Translations under genes and position numbers: made by a program
The notes under the pieces: model-generated
Told to the model about the DNA's origin: nothing
The model's input: the letters and a program-made list of their open reading frames with translations, nothing else
The model's database searches: none
NCBI GenBank assembly: GCA_029557395.1
Contig: JAKQIK010000045.1
Coordinates: 1 to 52,649 of the forward strand
Source of the DNA: a bacterium
GTDB lineage: Bacteria; Patescibacteriota; Saccharimonadia; Saccharimonadales; JACDBH01
Reading direction: 5' to 3'
Length of the DNA stretch: 52,649 bases
Shown: in pieces, positions 8,881 through 19,758 of the stretch
Numbering within the stretch: the stretch's first letter is position 1
Layout: each line of letters opens with the position of its first letter

Positions 8881-10422
8881 CTATGGATAAGGACGGTATT
8901 TGCCATGGCATATTCCATTAGGAACATCGTTTGCCTGCCCCCTAGGTGAATCTACAGGCCCACGTGACGTTGATGTCTGCGATGGAGAAATACCCGAGGA
9001 TGCAGTAAACCTCATTATTAGCGTCACCCTATATCTCCTACAGCCATTAGCGCCATTGCTATTGTCGATGATAGTTCCTAGATCAGGGTATGTATGCTTG
9101 ACCGTGTCCCCATTCATACATCCATAACCTGTAAAATTATCACTGGTTCCGTCACCCCATACCCAAGTACAGCTTGCTACAACAGACGGTGCGTTATTTG
9201 AGCGATTTACAAAAGCAAACTCCCAAACAAATTTCTGACCACTAGACCCACCTGTATTACAGCTTGCGGGTTGGCTAGGTGACCCATCGCAAGTACCTAT
9301 ACCTACATTACCTCCTGTACTGGCGGATGCGACAGTACCGCTAGCATCTGGCCCAGGAGGGGCGCAATCGTCTTTATATTCGGCACCAGCAGCCCTACCA
9401 GACATGCTGTATCTCTTGCATATTCTATCACCGCTAAAGATTGCGTAGGTATTGAAAACAGTCCCTCCGGTGTTCAAACTATCTATAGGTACTCTGACCT
9501 GAATCCTACGGAAAACATCGTTAGCTTTGCCAGTAGAGTCAATCAAGGCTTGACTACCTGTAATGTCTACCTGTGCATCACTGGAATCATTAAAACTAAT
9601 ACTTGTACTAACATCTCTGTATAAAGATGATTGCTTTACATAATATTCATCTGTAGGCACTCCAATTCCGCTCAGATCTATTTTACTTAGACACCTATAT
9701 CCATCTGTAAGCGATGTATCACATCTCGACTGGATTATCCGACCCTTATCAGTCGTGTTGTTAATGGCTACCGTATCACTCACGCTCGGGGGTGATGGGT
9801 ATAAATAGAAAATAAATGAGTTATTTACAAGAGTATTTCGATTTAGTGATGCTGTTTTTGGTATTAATTCTATCTTCAAGACGCCAATATTACTGGCCGT
9901 GTTCCATACATCCTTATCCGGTAATTGATTTGGTACAGTAGAGGGTATGGTGTCCGACCTCTTGACCGAGTCCCACCCTATAACGATACGACTAGATAAT
10001 GCACTAAGCTGAGCGCTATTAACTGTCCCGTTTGAATCTATCAAACTGTTTTCAATGCTCTTTACAGTAGGATTCACCAACAAGCAACTAACCATAATAT
10101 TGTTGCCTGGATCAATGCTATAATCATAATCAGCACCTTGTGGGCAATCATATTTTTTTGAAAGTGGTGCTCCCCCCGAATTTATCTTGTTTATAGCCAT
10201 ATTTATACCACTCTCGGCAGCATAAAAAGCTTGATTGCTCAGATGATCATCCAATGTACGCCTCTGAGCTTGGCGGATAATTGAAGAAAACCCAAGCGCA
10301 AGCAAACCAAGAATGCCCATTATCACAAGTACAGAAAAGATAGCAACTATCCCATTTTCGTTTTTGTGAATATATATTGTTGTTTGAATATTATTATTCT
10401 TGTATGCTCCCATATTGCTCAT
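8881..10422 (-). CDS. PilX-like minor pilin with C-terminal PKD-like domain
   Basis: ENG|IVAIFSVLVI leader, QAFYAAESGI PilX N-terminal motif, WVWGDG...HTY PKD-like signature. Confidence 0.75.
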   Translation of the reverse strand: MSNMGAYKNNNIQTTIYIHKNENGIVAIFSVLVIMGILGLLALGFSSIIRQAQRRTLDDHLSNQAFYAAESGINMAINKINSGGAPLSKKYDCPQGADYDYSIDPGNNIMVSCLLVNPTVKSIENSLIDSNGTVNSAQLSALSSRIVIGWDSVKRSDTIPSTVPNQLPDKDVWNTASNIGVLKIELIPKTASLNRNTLVNNSFIFYLYPSPPSVSDTVAINNTTDKGRIIQSRCDTSLTDGYRCLSKIDLSGIGVPTDEYYVKQSSLYRDVSTSISFNDSSDAQVDITGSQALIDSTGKANDVFRRIQVRVPIDSLNTGGTVFNTYAIFSGDRICKRYSMSGRAAGAEYKDDCAPPGPDASGTVASASTGGNVGIGTCDGSPSQPASCNTGGSSGQKFVWEFAFVNRSNNAPSVVASCTWVWGDGTSDNFTGYGCMNGDTVKHTYPDLGTIIDNSNGANGCRRYRVTLIMRFTASSGISPSQTSTSRGPVDSPRGQANDVPNGICHGKYRPYP

Positions 10423-10424
10423 GA

Positions 10425-11081
10425 TTATAACCTATTTTTTACTGTTGTTGAATAAGAACTAACTGCGCAAAATTGACCGCCAGCATTTATACCCTTACAC
10501 AAACTAAACTTTTCAACTTTTGGCGTCGCAGATAAATCTTCTGATACAAAATCATTATCATCGCCAAAACTTACCCTTACATCCACAACCCAAAATGAGC
10601 TCGTGGGAGGTTGATATATATCAAATTTTACTAATCTCATACCTTCTCCTAACATTTCTGTTCCAAGACTACTGGGATTTGGATTTGGGTTATTTATATC
10701 CGCGTGGGGACAAGTTGAGTCGCTAATGTTATCACGCCATAGCACATGCTCTACACCAGATTGGCCTAATCGTTTATTTTTTGAAAATGTATACCGCAAA
10801 CTACCAATACAAATAGAAGAAGGGTCGCCACCAATATCCCTTTTAACAATATTCAGAGACTTATCATACTTAATAGCATCTGATGCACTGTCTATGATTT
10901 TTCTGGCAGTATCCTGCGTCTTGCTCATGATCATACCCTTATAATACATCCGGCCAGCGTGGATAATAGCATAAGAACACACAAGGAGCACCATAGAAAA
11001 TATAACTGTTGCAATCATAAGCTCAACTATTGTAAAGCCTGTTTGATTAGTAAGCTTATTGTCACTTTTGTTGTTACGCAT
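10425..11081 (-). CDS. type IV minor pilin (PilW-like)
   Basis: G|FTIVELMIA prepilin cleavage/methylation motif. Confidence 0.88.
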   Translation of the reverse strand: MRNNKSDNKLTNQTGFTIVELMIATVIFSMVLLVCSYAIIHAGRMYYKGMIMSKTQDTARKIIDSASDAIKYDKSLNIVKRDIGGDPSSICIGSLRYTFSKNKRLGQSGVEHVLWRDNISDSTCPHADINNPNPNPSSLGTEMLGEGMRLVKFDIYQPPTSSFWVVDVRVSFGDDNDFVSEDLSATPKVEKFSLCKGINAGGQFCAVSSYSTTVKNRL

Positions 11082-11083
11082 AC

Positions 11084-11563
11084 TTATTGTACCTTATATG
11101 CCATTACTATTTCACTCCTGCCACCGCCAAGATGATTCCATCTTACAGTAACTGTATAGCTAAGATTATTTATATCAGCATTGTTCTTGGCGATGAAGTA
11201 GTAGTAAAGATCATCTTTTATACAGCTAAGATCGTAACCTAGGTCGTCTAGCTGATTGGGATTAGACACGTTTGCAGATGTCATATCCTCCTTCATACAA
11301 AAATTACCCACCGCCACCTGTGAGGTAAACTTACTTACGGGTACACTAAACCAAGCTGTACGCAATAACTCTAACTGACCTTGAGCAATTTTGGATGCTT
11401 CCGACCGTTCTTGATTGTCTCTGGTGGTCTGGATGTTCTTGTTCATTATTGAATAAGTGATACCAAGCACGCTACTGACTACAGCTATGGCTATCAAAAC
11501 TTCAATGATTGTGTCGCCCTTGCTATTACCTAGTATTGTACGATGCTTGAATATCATGCGCAT
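11084..11563 (-). CDS. type IV minor pilin (PilV-like)
   Basis: G|DTIIEVLIA motif, IAQGQLELLR, C-terminal YTVTVRW. Confidence 0.85.
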   Translation of the reverse strand: MRMIFKHRTILGNSKGDTIIEVLIAIAVVSSVLGITYSIMNKNIQTTRDNQERSEASKIAQGQLELLRTAWFSVPVSKFTSQVAVGNFCMKEDMTSANVSNPNQLDDLGYDLSCIKDDLYYYFIAKNNADINNLSYTVTVRWNHLGGGRSEIVMAYKVQ

Positions 11564-12441
11564 ATATCTCCACTAGTAGGATGTGTATCGATTTCGGTTG
11601 ATATTTCGGTAGCTGAGCCTTTTGAACCTAATCTTATTTGAGCCTGTTGCCCGTTGGATCCCTCCAAGCAAATCATAACTCCTTCTCTAGATAGAAGCTC
11701 GCCACTCGACGTAAATAGATTATACTCACCACCACTAGTCATAAAATACTTGCTAGAAAGAACTTTACCGTCTAATAGGTCAAAGAACGGTTCTCTAAAG
11801 GCAATAAATTGGACTGTGTTATCACCATCTCCTTGTGATTTATTAAAATCTAAAAACGATGTAAACACTAATGCACGTAGGTCAGTGCTTGGTGAGTTAA
11901 TAGCTACAATTTTCTTTACTGATAGTTGATATGTGTTTGGTATTTTTTGTAACAAATCTGGTGCAGCCGTGAAAAGTGCGTCATTATGTACACCCTTCAT
12001 ACCATGCATCAAGCCAGGATTATCTTCGCCCGTCTCAGGGATAATCCTCAAACCTATAAGTGGGTATATATCATTTGTTTGCCCATCAGGCATTAACACC
12101 TTACCGAAAAATGCACAGTCTCCATTTGTACCTGTTCGCCCAGAGGCATCAGGAGTTACAGTAGGACTTTGATCTGGTCCTGACATCTCGCACTTGTAAC
12201 CATCAGAAGAAAAGTAGCCTTTGGATACATCACTAACTATATTCTGTAGCATGGCTTCGTAGTTGCGAACAGATTGAGAAAATGCAACCCTGGCCTGTCT
12301 ACCTCTGAAAGATATCATAATACCAGTAAACAATACTGCTGTCACTGCCAGTACTATCAGAGTTTCGACTATTGTATAGCCATCATTATACCGTCTGTCG
12401 CCACCCCTGTTCAGATGGCCACGGTTTAGCCAACGCTTCAT
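11554..12441 (-). CDS. type IV minor pilin (FimT/FimU-like)
   Basis: G|YTIVETLIVLAV prepilin motif. Confidence 0.85.
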   Translation of the reverse strand: MKRWLNRGHLNRGGDRRYNDGYTIVETLIVLAVTAVLFTGIMISFRGRQARVAFSQSVRNYEAMLQNIVSDVSKGYFSSDGYKCEMSGPDQSPTVTPDASGRTGTNGDCAFFGKVLMPDGQTNDIYPLIGLRIIPETGEDNPGLMHGMKGVHNDALFTAAPDLLQKIPNTYQLSVKKIVAINSPSTDLRALVFTSFLDFNKSQGDGDNTVQFIAFREPFFDLLDGKVLSSKYFMTSGGEYNLFTSSGELLSREGVMICLEGSNGQQAQIRLGSKGSATEISTEIDTHPTSGDICA

Positions 12442-12494
12442 GCATGAATTATAACATAAGCGTAAAAGAATATAGCAAACTATTATTCAAAAGC

Positions 12495-13412
12495 TTATTT
12501 CAATAACAAAATATTACCAACATACCAGTTGATGATGGACCGGCCAAAGATATAAACAAGGATAGTAGCAACAATCAAAAATGGTCCAAACGGTATCTTA
12601 CTAGACCTAGTGAGCTTGCCAGTTAACAATCCTGGTACAACCACAACTGTACCAATGATAGATGCTAAGAATAATACCAGAAAAGACTCAGCCGGATCCT
12701 GGAGGAGTAGGCCAATCACAATACCTATCTTGATATCGCCACCACCAATCCAACGCCCATTTGATAGCCAAAATATTATATAGAAGATACCGGAAGCAAT
12801 AAATAAACTAGTTAGTGTGTTGACAGCAAGCACGAAGTCTATGCCACCAGGCTGGAAGATAATGTTGACTATAGCCAGCACCAGGGCTAATACAGCCATA
12901 GGATATACTAACCTGTTTGGCAGTAGCATCCAGCGTATGTCATACACAATCAGAGCCATAAAGCCCGTCAGGAGTATCAGCCATACGCCAAAGCTAAGGA
13001 TATCTAGCCAGCTATTTAACCCCAATGGCCAAAAAATATAAGACATTACGAATAGTAGAGATGTAGTTACTTCTACCACCGGATATTGCCAAGATATTTG
13101 TTTTTTGCAATATCTGCACTTGCCACCGACAGACAGCCAGCTCACCACCGGAATAAGGTCATACCATGAAAGCTCGTGCTTACAATACGTGCACATGCTA
13201 CGGCCATTAAGGATAGAATATTTTTGGTTACGGATATTTGTGGATTTTTTTTGAGATTTTTTGGCCGATTTTGACTCTGCCTTCTGCAATAACCGATCCT
13301 GCATGTATATGCGCCAAACCAGAGCATTGACAAAACTCCCTAGACACAGTCCCAAAAAACCGATTAGTACTATAAACATTAGTATCATAATAACATCTTT
13401 ATACTCTAACAC
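12495..13412 (-). CDS. pilD: prepilin peptidase
   Basis: GSFVNAL, RSMCTYC, GKCRYC, YPVVE, IVYD, GGGDIK, IPFGPFL. Confidence 0.93.
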   Translation of the reverse strand: MLEYKDVIMILMFIVLIGFLGLCLGSFVNALVWRIYMQDRLLQKAESKSAKKSQKKSTNIRNQKYSILNGRSMCTYCKHELSWYDLIPVVSWLSVGGKCRYCKKQISWQYPVVEVTTSLLFVMSYIFWPLGLNSWLDILSFGVWLILLTGFMALIVYDIRWMLLPNRLVYPMAVLALVLAIVNIIFQPGGIDFVLAVNTLTSLFIASGIFYIIFWLSNGRWIGGGDIKIGIVIGLLLQDPAESFLVLFLASIIGTVVVVPGLLTGKLTRSSKIPFGPFLIVATILVYIFGRSIINWYVGNILLLK

Positions 13413-13488
13413 CGTAAAAATCGATACTATAAAAGGACAGCCCTCAAACTGATGACTGTCCTAATAATTATTTTTAACCTATATCAGA

Positions 13489-13944
13489 TTAAGATTGTAT
13501 ACAAGCCTGCGTACCGCCATGAAGGCCAAATCTGAGAGCGTAAACCCTACTTCCTGTAGCGCCAATTACAATATCAGTACCGTTACATGTTCCAATTGCC
13601 ACCTGGTAACTTCCTGGTGTTAAGTTAGTACCGTTGGCCGCCGCGGTAATAAAAGTTCCTGTACCGGTAAGTTGCGTCAATGTACCTGCATTAGTTTTAA
13701 CACTAGTAAGTCTTGCTGTTGAATTAACCTGTTGCCCGTTAGCATTAGACTCGTATTCTGTAATCGCAGACAATAACCTGCTAGCTTCGCTACGCATAGT
13801 TGTATTTTGCTGATTACGCCTTAGAGCTGGGATAGCCAAGAAGACAATCAGCATGATCAAACCAGCGATAGCTAGCACAATCAGGACCTCGATGATTGTA
13901 AATCCTTCTGACTTACGTCTTAGGTTGTTTATTTTATGACTCAT
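13489..13944 (-). CDS. type IV pilin, candidate major pilin
   Basis: EG|FTIIEVLIVLAI motif, C-terminal Cys pair. AGGGGG SD precedes ATG 13944 (MSHK), with a long dedicated upstream region. Confidence 0.88.
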   Translation of the reverse strand: MSHKINNLRRKSEGFTIIEVLIVLAIAGLIMLIVFLAIPALRRNQQNTTMRSEASRLLSAITEYESNANGQQVNSTARLTSVKTNAGTLTQLTGTGTFITAAANGTNLTPGSYQVAIGTCNGTDIVIGATGSRVYALRFGLHGGTQACIQS

Positions 13945-14390
13945 AGTGCAAATGCCCCCTTTGACTAAATGCATTTTATTATTTATATAAACTGATGATA
14001 CAGCCTCGGCAGACAAAACACAAGCTTTTTATGGTCAAAAGCTACCCCCGTTGTCCACAAGCTCTCGGCCATACTTTCTAGTTTCGGCAGAAAACTCACC
14101 TTATTTTGACAAAGAAACAAATCATAGCTCACTCTTTTGTCTCAAAATACATAACCCTTCCATTTTATTTCGGCAAAACAGAAACCAAAAGCCGACAGGC
14201 AGTTTCAAAAAACATAACTAATCATAATAACGAAACTGTAATCTGTTTCTGCGGAACTTATCCAGATAAAGAGCCACAGACTCTTTATCCTGTACTACAA
14301 ACAGTCCTCGAAAACCCGACTACAGTTAGTTATGATGACAAATCAGTTTTTGAAAAGCATGGCACTAAACTATGTCGTCTAAAAGGACGA

Positions 14391-14774
14391 CTATTTGATG
14401 GAGGATAGTTTTGCTAGGTGTTTGTCTAATGTCATTAGATCATGGGAGTCGATTTGTGACTGAGCTAACAGCAAACAATCAGTCATGTCTAATTTTGGAT
14501 CGTCCATGTAATAACTTATAGCCTTGGTTGCAAATACAGATAAATGCACAGAATTTAAGTCTAACAAAACACCCAGACAACGACCAACTCTGTCTCTGGG
14601 ATAGCGATAAAATGTATTAAATTCCAGAACAAAACATAACTCTGCCAGCACATAATCTGTGACTATGAGACTGCCTGCCTTGCACGACGTAAGTAGTTGC
14701 TTGGCACTAGCCGCCTCTACTGGCAGATCATTGCTAAAGAATCTGATCAGGATATTCGTATCAATCAGCTTCAT
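14391..14774 (-). CDS. PIN-domain toxin (VapC-like)
   Basis: MKLIDTNILIRF, LAE, DMTDCLL, TLDKHL acidic PIN residues; ATGA overlap with the antitoxin. Confidence 0.9.
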   Translation of the reverse strand: MKLIDTNILIRFFSNDLPVEAASAKQLLTSCKAGSLIVTDYVLAELCFVLEFNTFYRYPRDRVGRCLGVLLDLNSVHLSVFATKAISYYMDDPKLDMTDCLLLAQSQIDSHDLMTLDKHLAKLSSIK

Positions 14775-15055
14775 AGGTAAGGCTTGCCCGTCGAACGGTC
14801 TTTATAGGCTTGTGCGGACTGACTAAGTTCTGTTGACTGCTGTGGTTGGCACTCACCTAGCCTGTCTTGAGCAAACTCACCCCAAATCTGGTCTAGCTTA
14901 GAGTTGATATCTGTGACTAGCGGGGTGATTATCAGCTTGCCACCTCTCTGAGTCACAGTGACTTGACGAGTAGTGTCGAGTCCAAGATTCCTTACATATT
15001 TGATAGGTATTGTTAGCTGATTTTTGCTAGTTATTGTGGCTTTTACTGTTTTCAT
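14771..15055 (-). CDS. AbrB/MazE-family antitoxin (VapB-like)
   Basis: ATITSKNQLTIP...LGL...KLIITP swapped-hairpin motif. Start at MKTVK. GTAATG-N14-CATTAC inverted repeat over the promoter. Confidence 0.88.
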   Translation of the reverse strand: MKTVKATITSKNQLTIPIKYVRNLGLDTTRQVTVTQRGGKLIITPLVTDINSKLDQIWGEFAQDRLGECQPQQSTELSQSAQAYKDRSTGKPYL

Positions 15056-15148
15056 AGTAATGAATATATCATAGCGCATTACATTTTGTAAATATTAAAA
15101 TATACTTGTCAGATACATTAATATCAAATTAGATCAAGATCTTGCTTA

Positions 15149-15567
15149 TTAAATAAGTGGGAAGATCTGGAGTCGCTCAATATTGCCGATAGAGGCGACC
15201 CAGGCGTCGTTGGTGTAGAACTTGTCTACACCACTGTCAATAGCAGTAGCTATATGTATAGCATCGTAACCTAGAAGTTTTTTGCCATATTCAGCACTCA
15301 ACTCAACCGCAATAGTTGCAATCCTCTGACTAACACTGACGAATTTTACGTTGTACATAGAGTCAATAGCTCCTCTGGCCACAGCTAGCGAATCTCTGTC
15401 TCTGAGAGCAAAGCTAGTCAGTACCTCTTGGTAAGCCAGTACCGACAATATCACTGGCTTGGATGTGCTACTCATAATAATATCCCTAGCTACTACACCA
15501 AACTGTGGGTGCGATTCTAGGAAATATATCAGCACAATAAACCTTACTTATATTTATTAATCGCCAT
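15149..15567 (-). pseudogene. second PIN-domain toxin gene, 5'-damaged
   Basis: PIN body intact (LIYFLE, YQEVL, YDAIHIATA, FYTND), but the first DTN aspartate is absent and the upstream ATG (MAINKYK*) terminates early. Confidence 0.65.
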
Positions 15568-15594
15568 CCGTATATCTTTAATCGCTTTTTTGTC

Positions 15595-16818
15595 CTAGCC
15601 ACCTATACCTGTTTGGCCCGCCAATCCATAGATAGGTAGCAAGATAGCACCCACGAGGATAAAGGCTACGATACCAAGGGCAATCATCATAAGCGGCTCA
15701 ATAATGGTAGAGATGGTCTTTATCTGATTGTCGACCTCTTTTTCGTAATATTCGGCTATTTTGTTCATCATATCTTCCATCGAGCCAGATTGTTCACCGA
15801 TACGGAGCATCTTGGGTACAAGCTCAAGGAAATTTGGGTCGCCTTCTAGCGAGTCGGACAATGCTTTGCCACCTTTGACCTTGTCCATAGCTTTTTTGAT
15901 AGAAGCTTCGACATGTACGTTACTGATAGATTTAGACACTATATCTAGTACCTGTAGCAGTGGCACACCACTAGCTACAAGCGTGGCACCAGTACGTGCA
16001 AATCTGGCCATATAAACCTTCATAAATAGCTCACCAAACGGCCATGTCTTCATCTTTAGTTTGTCTATATATAGCTTGCCTGGCCCTGTCCTAGCCCATC
16101 TGGTAGTCAAAAATATCAATACTACCACTATAATTATCACTGCCCACCAGTAATTAATAATCATGTGAGAGAGAGCTAGCAAGAGCTTAGTACTAATCGG
16201 TAGACTTGCACCAGGCATATCTTTATATATCACCTCTACCTGTGGCAGAACACTCACAACCATAAACCCAACCACACCGACCATCACTAGTAATACAATC
16301 GCAGGATAAGCCATGGCTCCGCGTACCTTGGATACAATTTCGGCATCTTTTTCTTGTTGCAGGGCAATCCTGGTGAGTGCCGCATCTAGCGTGCCAGATG
16401 TCTCACCTGCAGCTATCAAGTTGATAAAAATCTGATCAAACACCTTAGGATGCCTACCTAGTGCGTCAGACAAGGTACTACCAGCTTCGACATCGGATAT
16501 TACTTGGCTAATTATTACTTTGAGTGGTTTGCTCTGAGTCTGATCTAATACACTACGAAGACTCTGCACCAATGGCAGACCTGCGTTAATAAGAGTAGCT
16601 AGCTGTCTAGCGAACAATATCCTATCTTTGGCTTTGACACGATTTGTCAGTTTGCTAAATATGTTATCACCAGCGGCATCTTTGAGAACAATATCGATTG
16701 GAGCAAGACCTTCTTGCTTGATAAGCTTGGCGGCAGCTTCTTTGCTATCAGCTTGGACCTCGGCCTTGACCTTTTCGCCGGTTTTACTATCTCTGGCAAT
16801 ATAACGAAACGTTAACAT
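15595..16818 (-). CDS. pilC: type IV pilus inner-membrane platform protein
   Basis: FARQLATLINAGLPL, AGETSGTLD, AMAYP, IGEQSGSM, IIEP. Confidence 0.95.
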   Translation of the reverse strand: MLTFRYIARDSKTGEKVKAEVQADSKEAAAKLIKQEGLAPIDIVLKDAAGDNIFSKLTNRVKAKDRILFARQLATLINAGLPLVQSLRSVLDQTQSKPLKVIISQVISDVEAGSTLSDALGRHPKVFDQIFINLIAAGETSGTLDAALTRIALQQEKDAEIVSKVRGAMAYPAIVLLVMVGVVGFMVVSVLPQVEVIYKDMPGASLPISTKLLLALSHMIINYWWAVIIIVVVLIFLTTRWARTGPGKLYIDKLKMKTWPFGELFMKVYMARFARTGATLVASGVPLLQVLDIVSKSISNVHVEASIKKAMDKVKGGKALSDSLEGDPNFLELVPKMLRIGEQSGSMEDMMNKIAEYYEKEVDNQIKTISTIIEPLMMIALGIVAFILVGAILLPIYGLAGQTGIGG

Positions 16819-16821
16819 GGA

Positions 16822-17892
16822 TTAACCCCTCATCAACCTATCTAGCTCATCAATATCTATCGCAAAGTTACGCGCTTCTTCGTAGCTAATTGTACCTGAG
16901 TGAATTAGCCCAACAAGTGTCTTGTCCATACTCTGCATACCAAACTCTGCCCCGGTCTGAATGACCGCGTCTAGCTGATGTGTTTTGCCCTCGCGGATAA
17001 TATTGCGAACGGCGGGTGTACCAATCAACACCTCGGCCGCGGCAATACGACCACCACCAATGGTTGGTATCAGGCGCTGTGAACAGATAGCCATCAATAT
17101 GTTAGATAACTGGGCCCTAATCTGTGGCTGTTGGTGCGGAGGAAAGACATCGATCATACGATCGATACTCTGAGCCGCCGAGTTGGTGTGGAGTGTTGCA
17201 AACACCAAGTGCCCTGTCTCTGCGATTGTAATAGCCGCCGCGATAGTCTCGAGATCACGCATCTCACCGATAAGTACTACATCTGGGTCCTCACGCAGTG
17301 CGCTACGCAGGGCCGCACTAAATGAAAATGTATCATAGTGGACTTCACGCTGAACTATAACCGACTTGTTGCTCTTGTGCGTATACTCGATAGGATCCTC
17401 GATGGTGATAATGTGCGCAGCCCTCTCGGCATTAATCTTGTGTATCAAAGCGGCTAGCGTAGTTGATTTACCAGAACCCGTAGGGCCGGTCACTAGTACG
17501 AGACCACGAGGATACTCTGTAAATTTGGACATAATAGGTGGCAAACCAAGTTGTTCGGCAGTCATAATTTCGTTCGGAATAAGTCGTAGCGCGGCTGCTA
17601 AATTGCCCCTCTCATGGAAGGCATTGACACGAAAACGACCCAAATCACCAAAAGCAAAGCTAAAATCAAACTCTTTGTCTTTGAGCAGAATTTGTTTTTG
17701 GTCTTCGTCAAGTATGGCAAATATCAGTAGCTCAACTGTTTCTTCTGTCAGTGGATCTGTGGCTACAATTGGGGTAAGAGCACCGTCGACCCGAAGCATT
17801 GGTGGCAGACCAACCTGAAGATGGAGGTCAGAAGCTTTGCGCTTGATAACTTCTTCTAGCAGGATTTCTATTCTTGGCTGTGCGTTTGGCAT
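16822..17892 (-). CDS. pilT: type IV pilus retraction ATPase
   Basis: ASDLHL, GPTGSGKSTT, TIEDPIE, REDPDVVLIGEMRD, AVRNIIRE. Confidence 0.96.
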   Translation of the reverse strand: MPNAQPRIEILLEEVIKRKASDLHLQVGLPPMLRVDGALTPIVATDPLTEETVELLIFAILDEDQKQILLKDKEFDFSFAFGDLGRFRVNAFHERGNLAAALRLIPNEIMTAEQLGLPPIMSKFTEYPRGLVLVTGPTGSGKSTTLAALIHKINAERAAHIITIEDPIEYTHKSNKSVIVQREVHYDTFSFSAALRSALREDPDVVLIGEMRDLETIAAAITIAETGHLVFATLHTNSAAQSIDRMIDVFPPHQQPQIRAQLSNILMAICSQRLIPTIGGGRIAAAEVLIGTPAVRNIIREGKTHQLDAVIQTGAEFGMQSMDKTLVGLIHSGTISYEEARNFAIDIDELDRLMRG

Positions 17893-17967
17893 TAGCGGTC
17901 AACCCCCGCTATAAATTGTTTGATTTGTTTTGACTTATTTTCCTTCATTGTGCCCGCCCCCTTAAAA

Positions 17968-19740
17968 TTATGCTGTGTCATCCGATGCCACCCTGGATAT
18001 CTCTGCTATTGTTGTTTTGCCCTCTAGAGTCTTGAGGAAACCATCTTGTTGCATCGTAACCATCCCCTCAGATTGGGCAACCTTTTGTATTTCTGAACTA
18101 GATGCTCTTTTCATAATTAAATCCTGAATGGTTTCTGTTACTTCAAAGACTTCGTATAGACCGAGCCTGCCCTTGTATCCTCCTGGAGATTCGGGACTAT
18201 CTTTGCCTTTGTATAAAGTATAAGCATTTTGACCCCTTAGTGGCAAGTTCTCATAGCCCAAATCTTTGGCGTAGGCTGAAATATCGGCTTCTTTTTCTGG
18301 TAGTAACCCACCGATAAACTTTTGTAACATAGCTGTTTCAGATTTGTCAGACTGATAAGCTTCGGGCTCGGCTATCTTGCGTACTAGCCTCTGCCCAATA
18401 ACAGCCCTGACTGTACTAGCTATCAAAAACGGCTCTATTCCCATATCGAGTAAACGCGGGAGGATACCAGCTGCAGAGTTGGTGTGAAGAGTACTAAAGA
18501 CCAAGTGGCCGGTTAGCGCAGCCTGCACTGCCAAACTAGCTGTCTCGGCATCACGAATCTCACCAACCATAACTACATCTGGATCTTGACGAAGTATTGA
18601 CCTCAGTCCAGCGGCAAAAGTTAAGCCAACATCTGCGTTCACCTGTATCTGATTAATTCCACTCATTTTGTACTCAACCGGATCCTCGAGAGTTACGATA
18701 TTGATTGAGTCATCCATTATCTCTTGAATAAGGGCATAAAGGCTAGTACTCTTACCAGAGCCAGTAGGACCAGACGTCAGTACCATACCATTTGGGCTTG
18801 CTATACCCTTGCGAATAGTTCTGAGAGCTCGACCACGATAACCCATGTCTTCTAATTTGAGGCTGGTACCAGATTTGTCTAAAAGACGAATAACCACCTG
18901 CTCGCCCCAAACAACAGGCGAGATAGCAATACGAAGATCGATCTCTTTTTCGTCTACCCTTATAGTAAATTGCCCATCTTGCGGTATACGGTGCTCGTCA
19001 ATTTTTAGGTTACTCAAAATTTTTATTCGACTTACCAGCGGTGCCTCTGTACTCTTTGGCAATTTCATAATTTCTCTGAGTACACCGTCTATCCTGGCTC
19101 TAATTTTGAGTTCATGCTCTAGTGACTCAATATGAACATCACTAGCACGATTCTTGGCTGCATATTCCAAAATTGTACTCAAGGCTTTGCTAATTGGCGA
19201 ATCCTGGACAATAGTCCGGATCGTTTTGTCACCTTTTTTCTTGGATTCTTCTATCTGTTGGTCGACGGCAGTCTCTTCGGTAAATGAAGTGTCAATCTGA
19301 GCTTTGTACTGCGACAATACTGCCCTTATCCCCTGCTCTGAAGCCGTATAAACCTTTAATGGACGGCCGATCTTGTTGCTCAAAAAATCCACAGCCTGAA
19401 CATTATCAGCGTCAAGCATGGCAATCACCAGACGGTGTTGCATCTCACCCAAAGGCACTGCCATATACCTCTCGGCAATATCCTGGGGCAATAGTTCGAG
19501 AGTAGACTGTTCTATTGGAGCATTTGCTAGGTTAACATAGGGAATTTTTGTAATTTTGGCTGTAACACGAGTCAAATCTTCTGGGTTGACCCCTCCGTCT
19601 GAAACTAATAATGCAAACAAAGGGGTAGTAGTTTGTTCGGATTTTTTGCGCAAATCATCCAGACGCTCACGCTCAATCAGCTTATCCTCTACAAGCTGAT
19701 CTTCAACCTGTTTTTGAGTCGAGGCGGATAATACACTCAT
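17968..19740 (-). CDS. pilB: type IV pilus extension ATPase (PilB/GspE)
   Basis: ASDVHIE, PQDG, GPTGSGKSTS, RQDPDVVMVGEIRD, STLHTN, GYKGR. Confidence 0.95.
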   Translation of the reverse strand: MSVLSASTQKQVEDQLVEDKLIERERLDDLRKKSEQTTTPLFALLVSDGGVNPEDLTRVTAKITKIPYVNLANAPIEQSTLELLPQDIAERYMAVPLGEMQHRLVIAMLDADNVQAVDFLSNKIGRPLKVYTASEQGIRAVLSQYKAQIDTSFTEETAVDQQIEESKKKGDKTIRTIVQDSPISKALSTILEYAAKNRASDVHIESLEHELKIRARIDGVLREIMKLPKSTEAPLVSRIKILSNLKIDEHRIPQDGQFTIRVDEKEIDLRIAISPVVWGEQVVIRLLDKSGTSLKLEDMGYRGRALRTIRKGIASPNGMVLTSGPTGSGKSTSLYALIQEIMDDSINIVTLEDPVEYKMSGINQIQVNADVGLTFAAGLRSILRQDPDVVMVGEIRDAETASLAVQAALTGHLVFSTLHTNSAAGILPRLLDMGIEPFLIASTVRAVIGQRLVRKIAEPEAYQSDKSETAMLQKFIGGLLPEKEADISAYAKDLGYENLPLRGQNAYTLYKGKDSPESPGGYKGRLGLYEVFEVTETIQDLIMKRASSSEIQKVAQSEGMVTMQQDGFLKTLEGKTTIAEISRVASDDTA

Positions 19741-19758
19741 CTTGCCAGCCTATACTCA

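Noticed and set aside
14106..14408. 100-aa + strand ORF upstream of the major pilin
   Set aside because: TTG start, no SD, no recognisable motif, opposite strand to the cluster; more likely pilin regulatory DNA.
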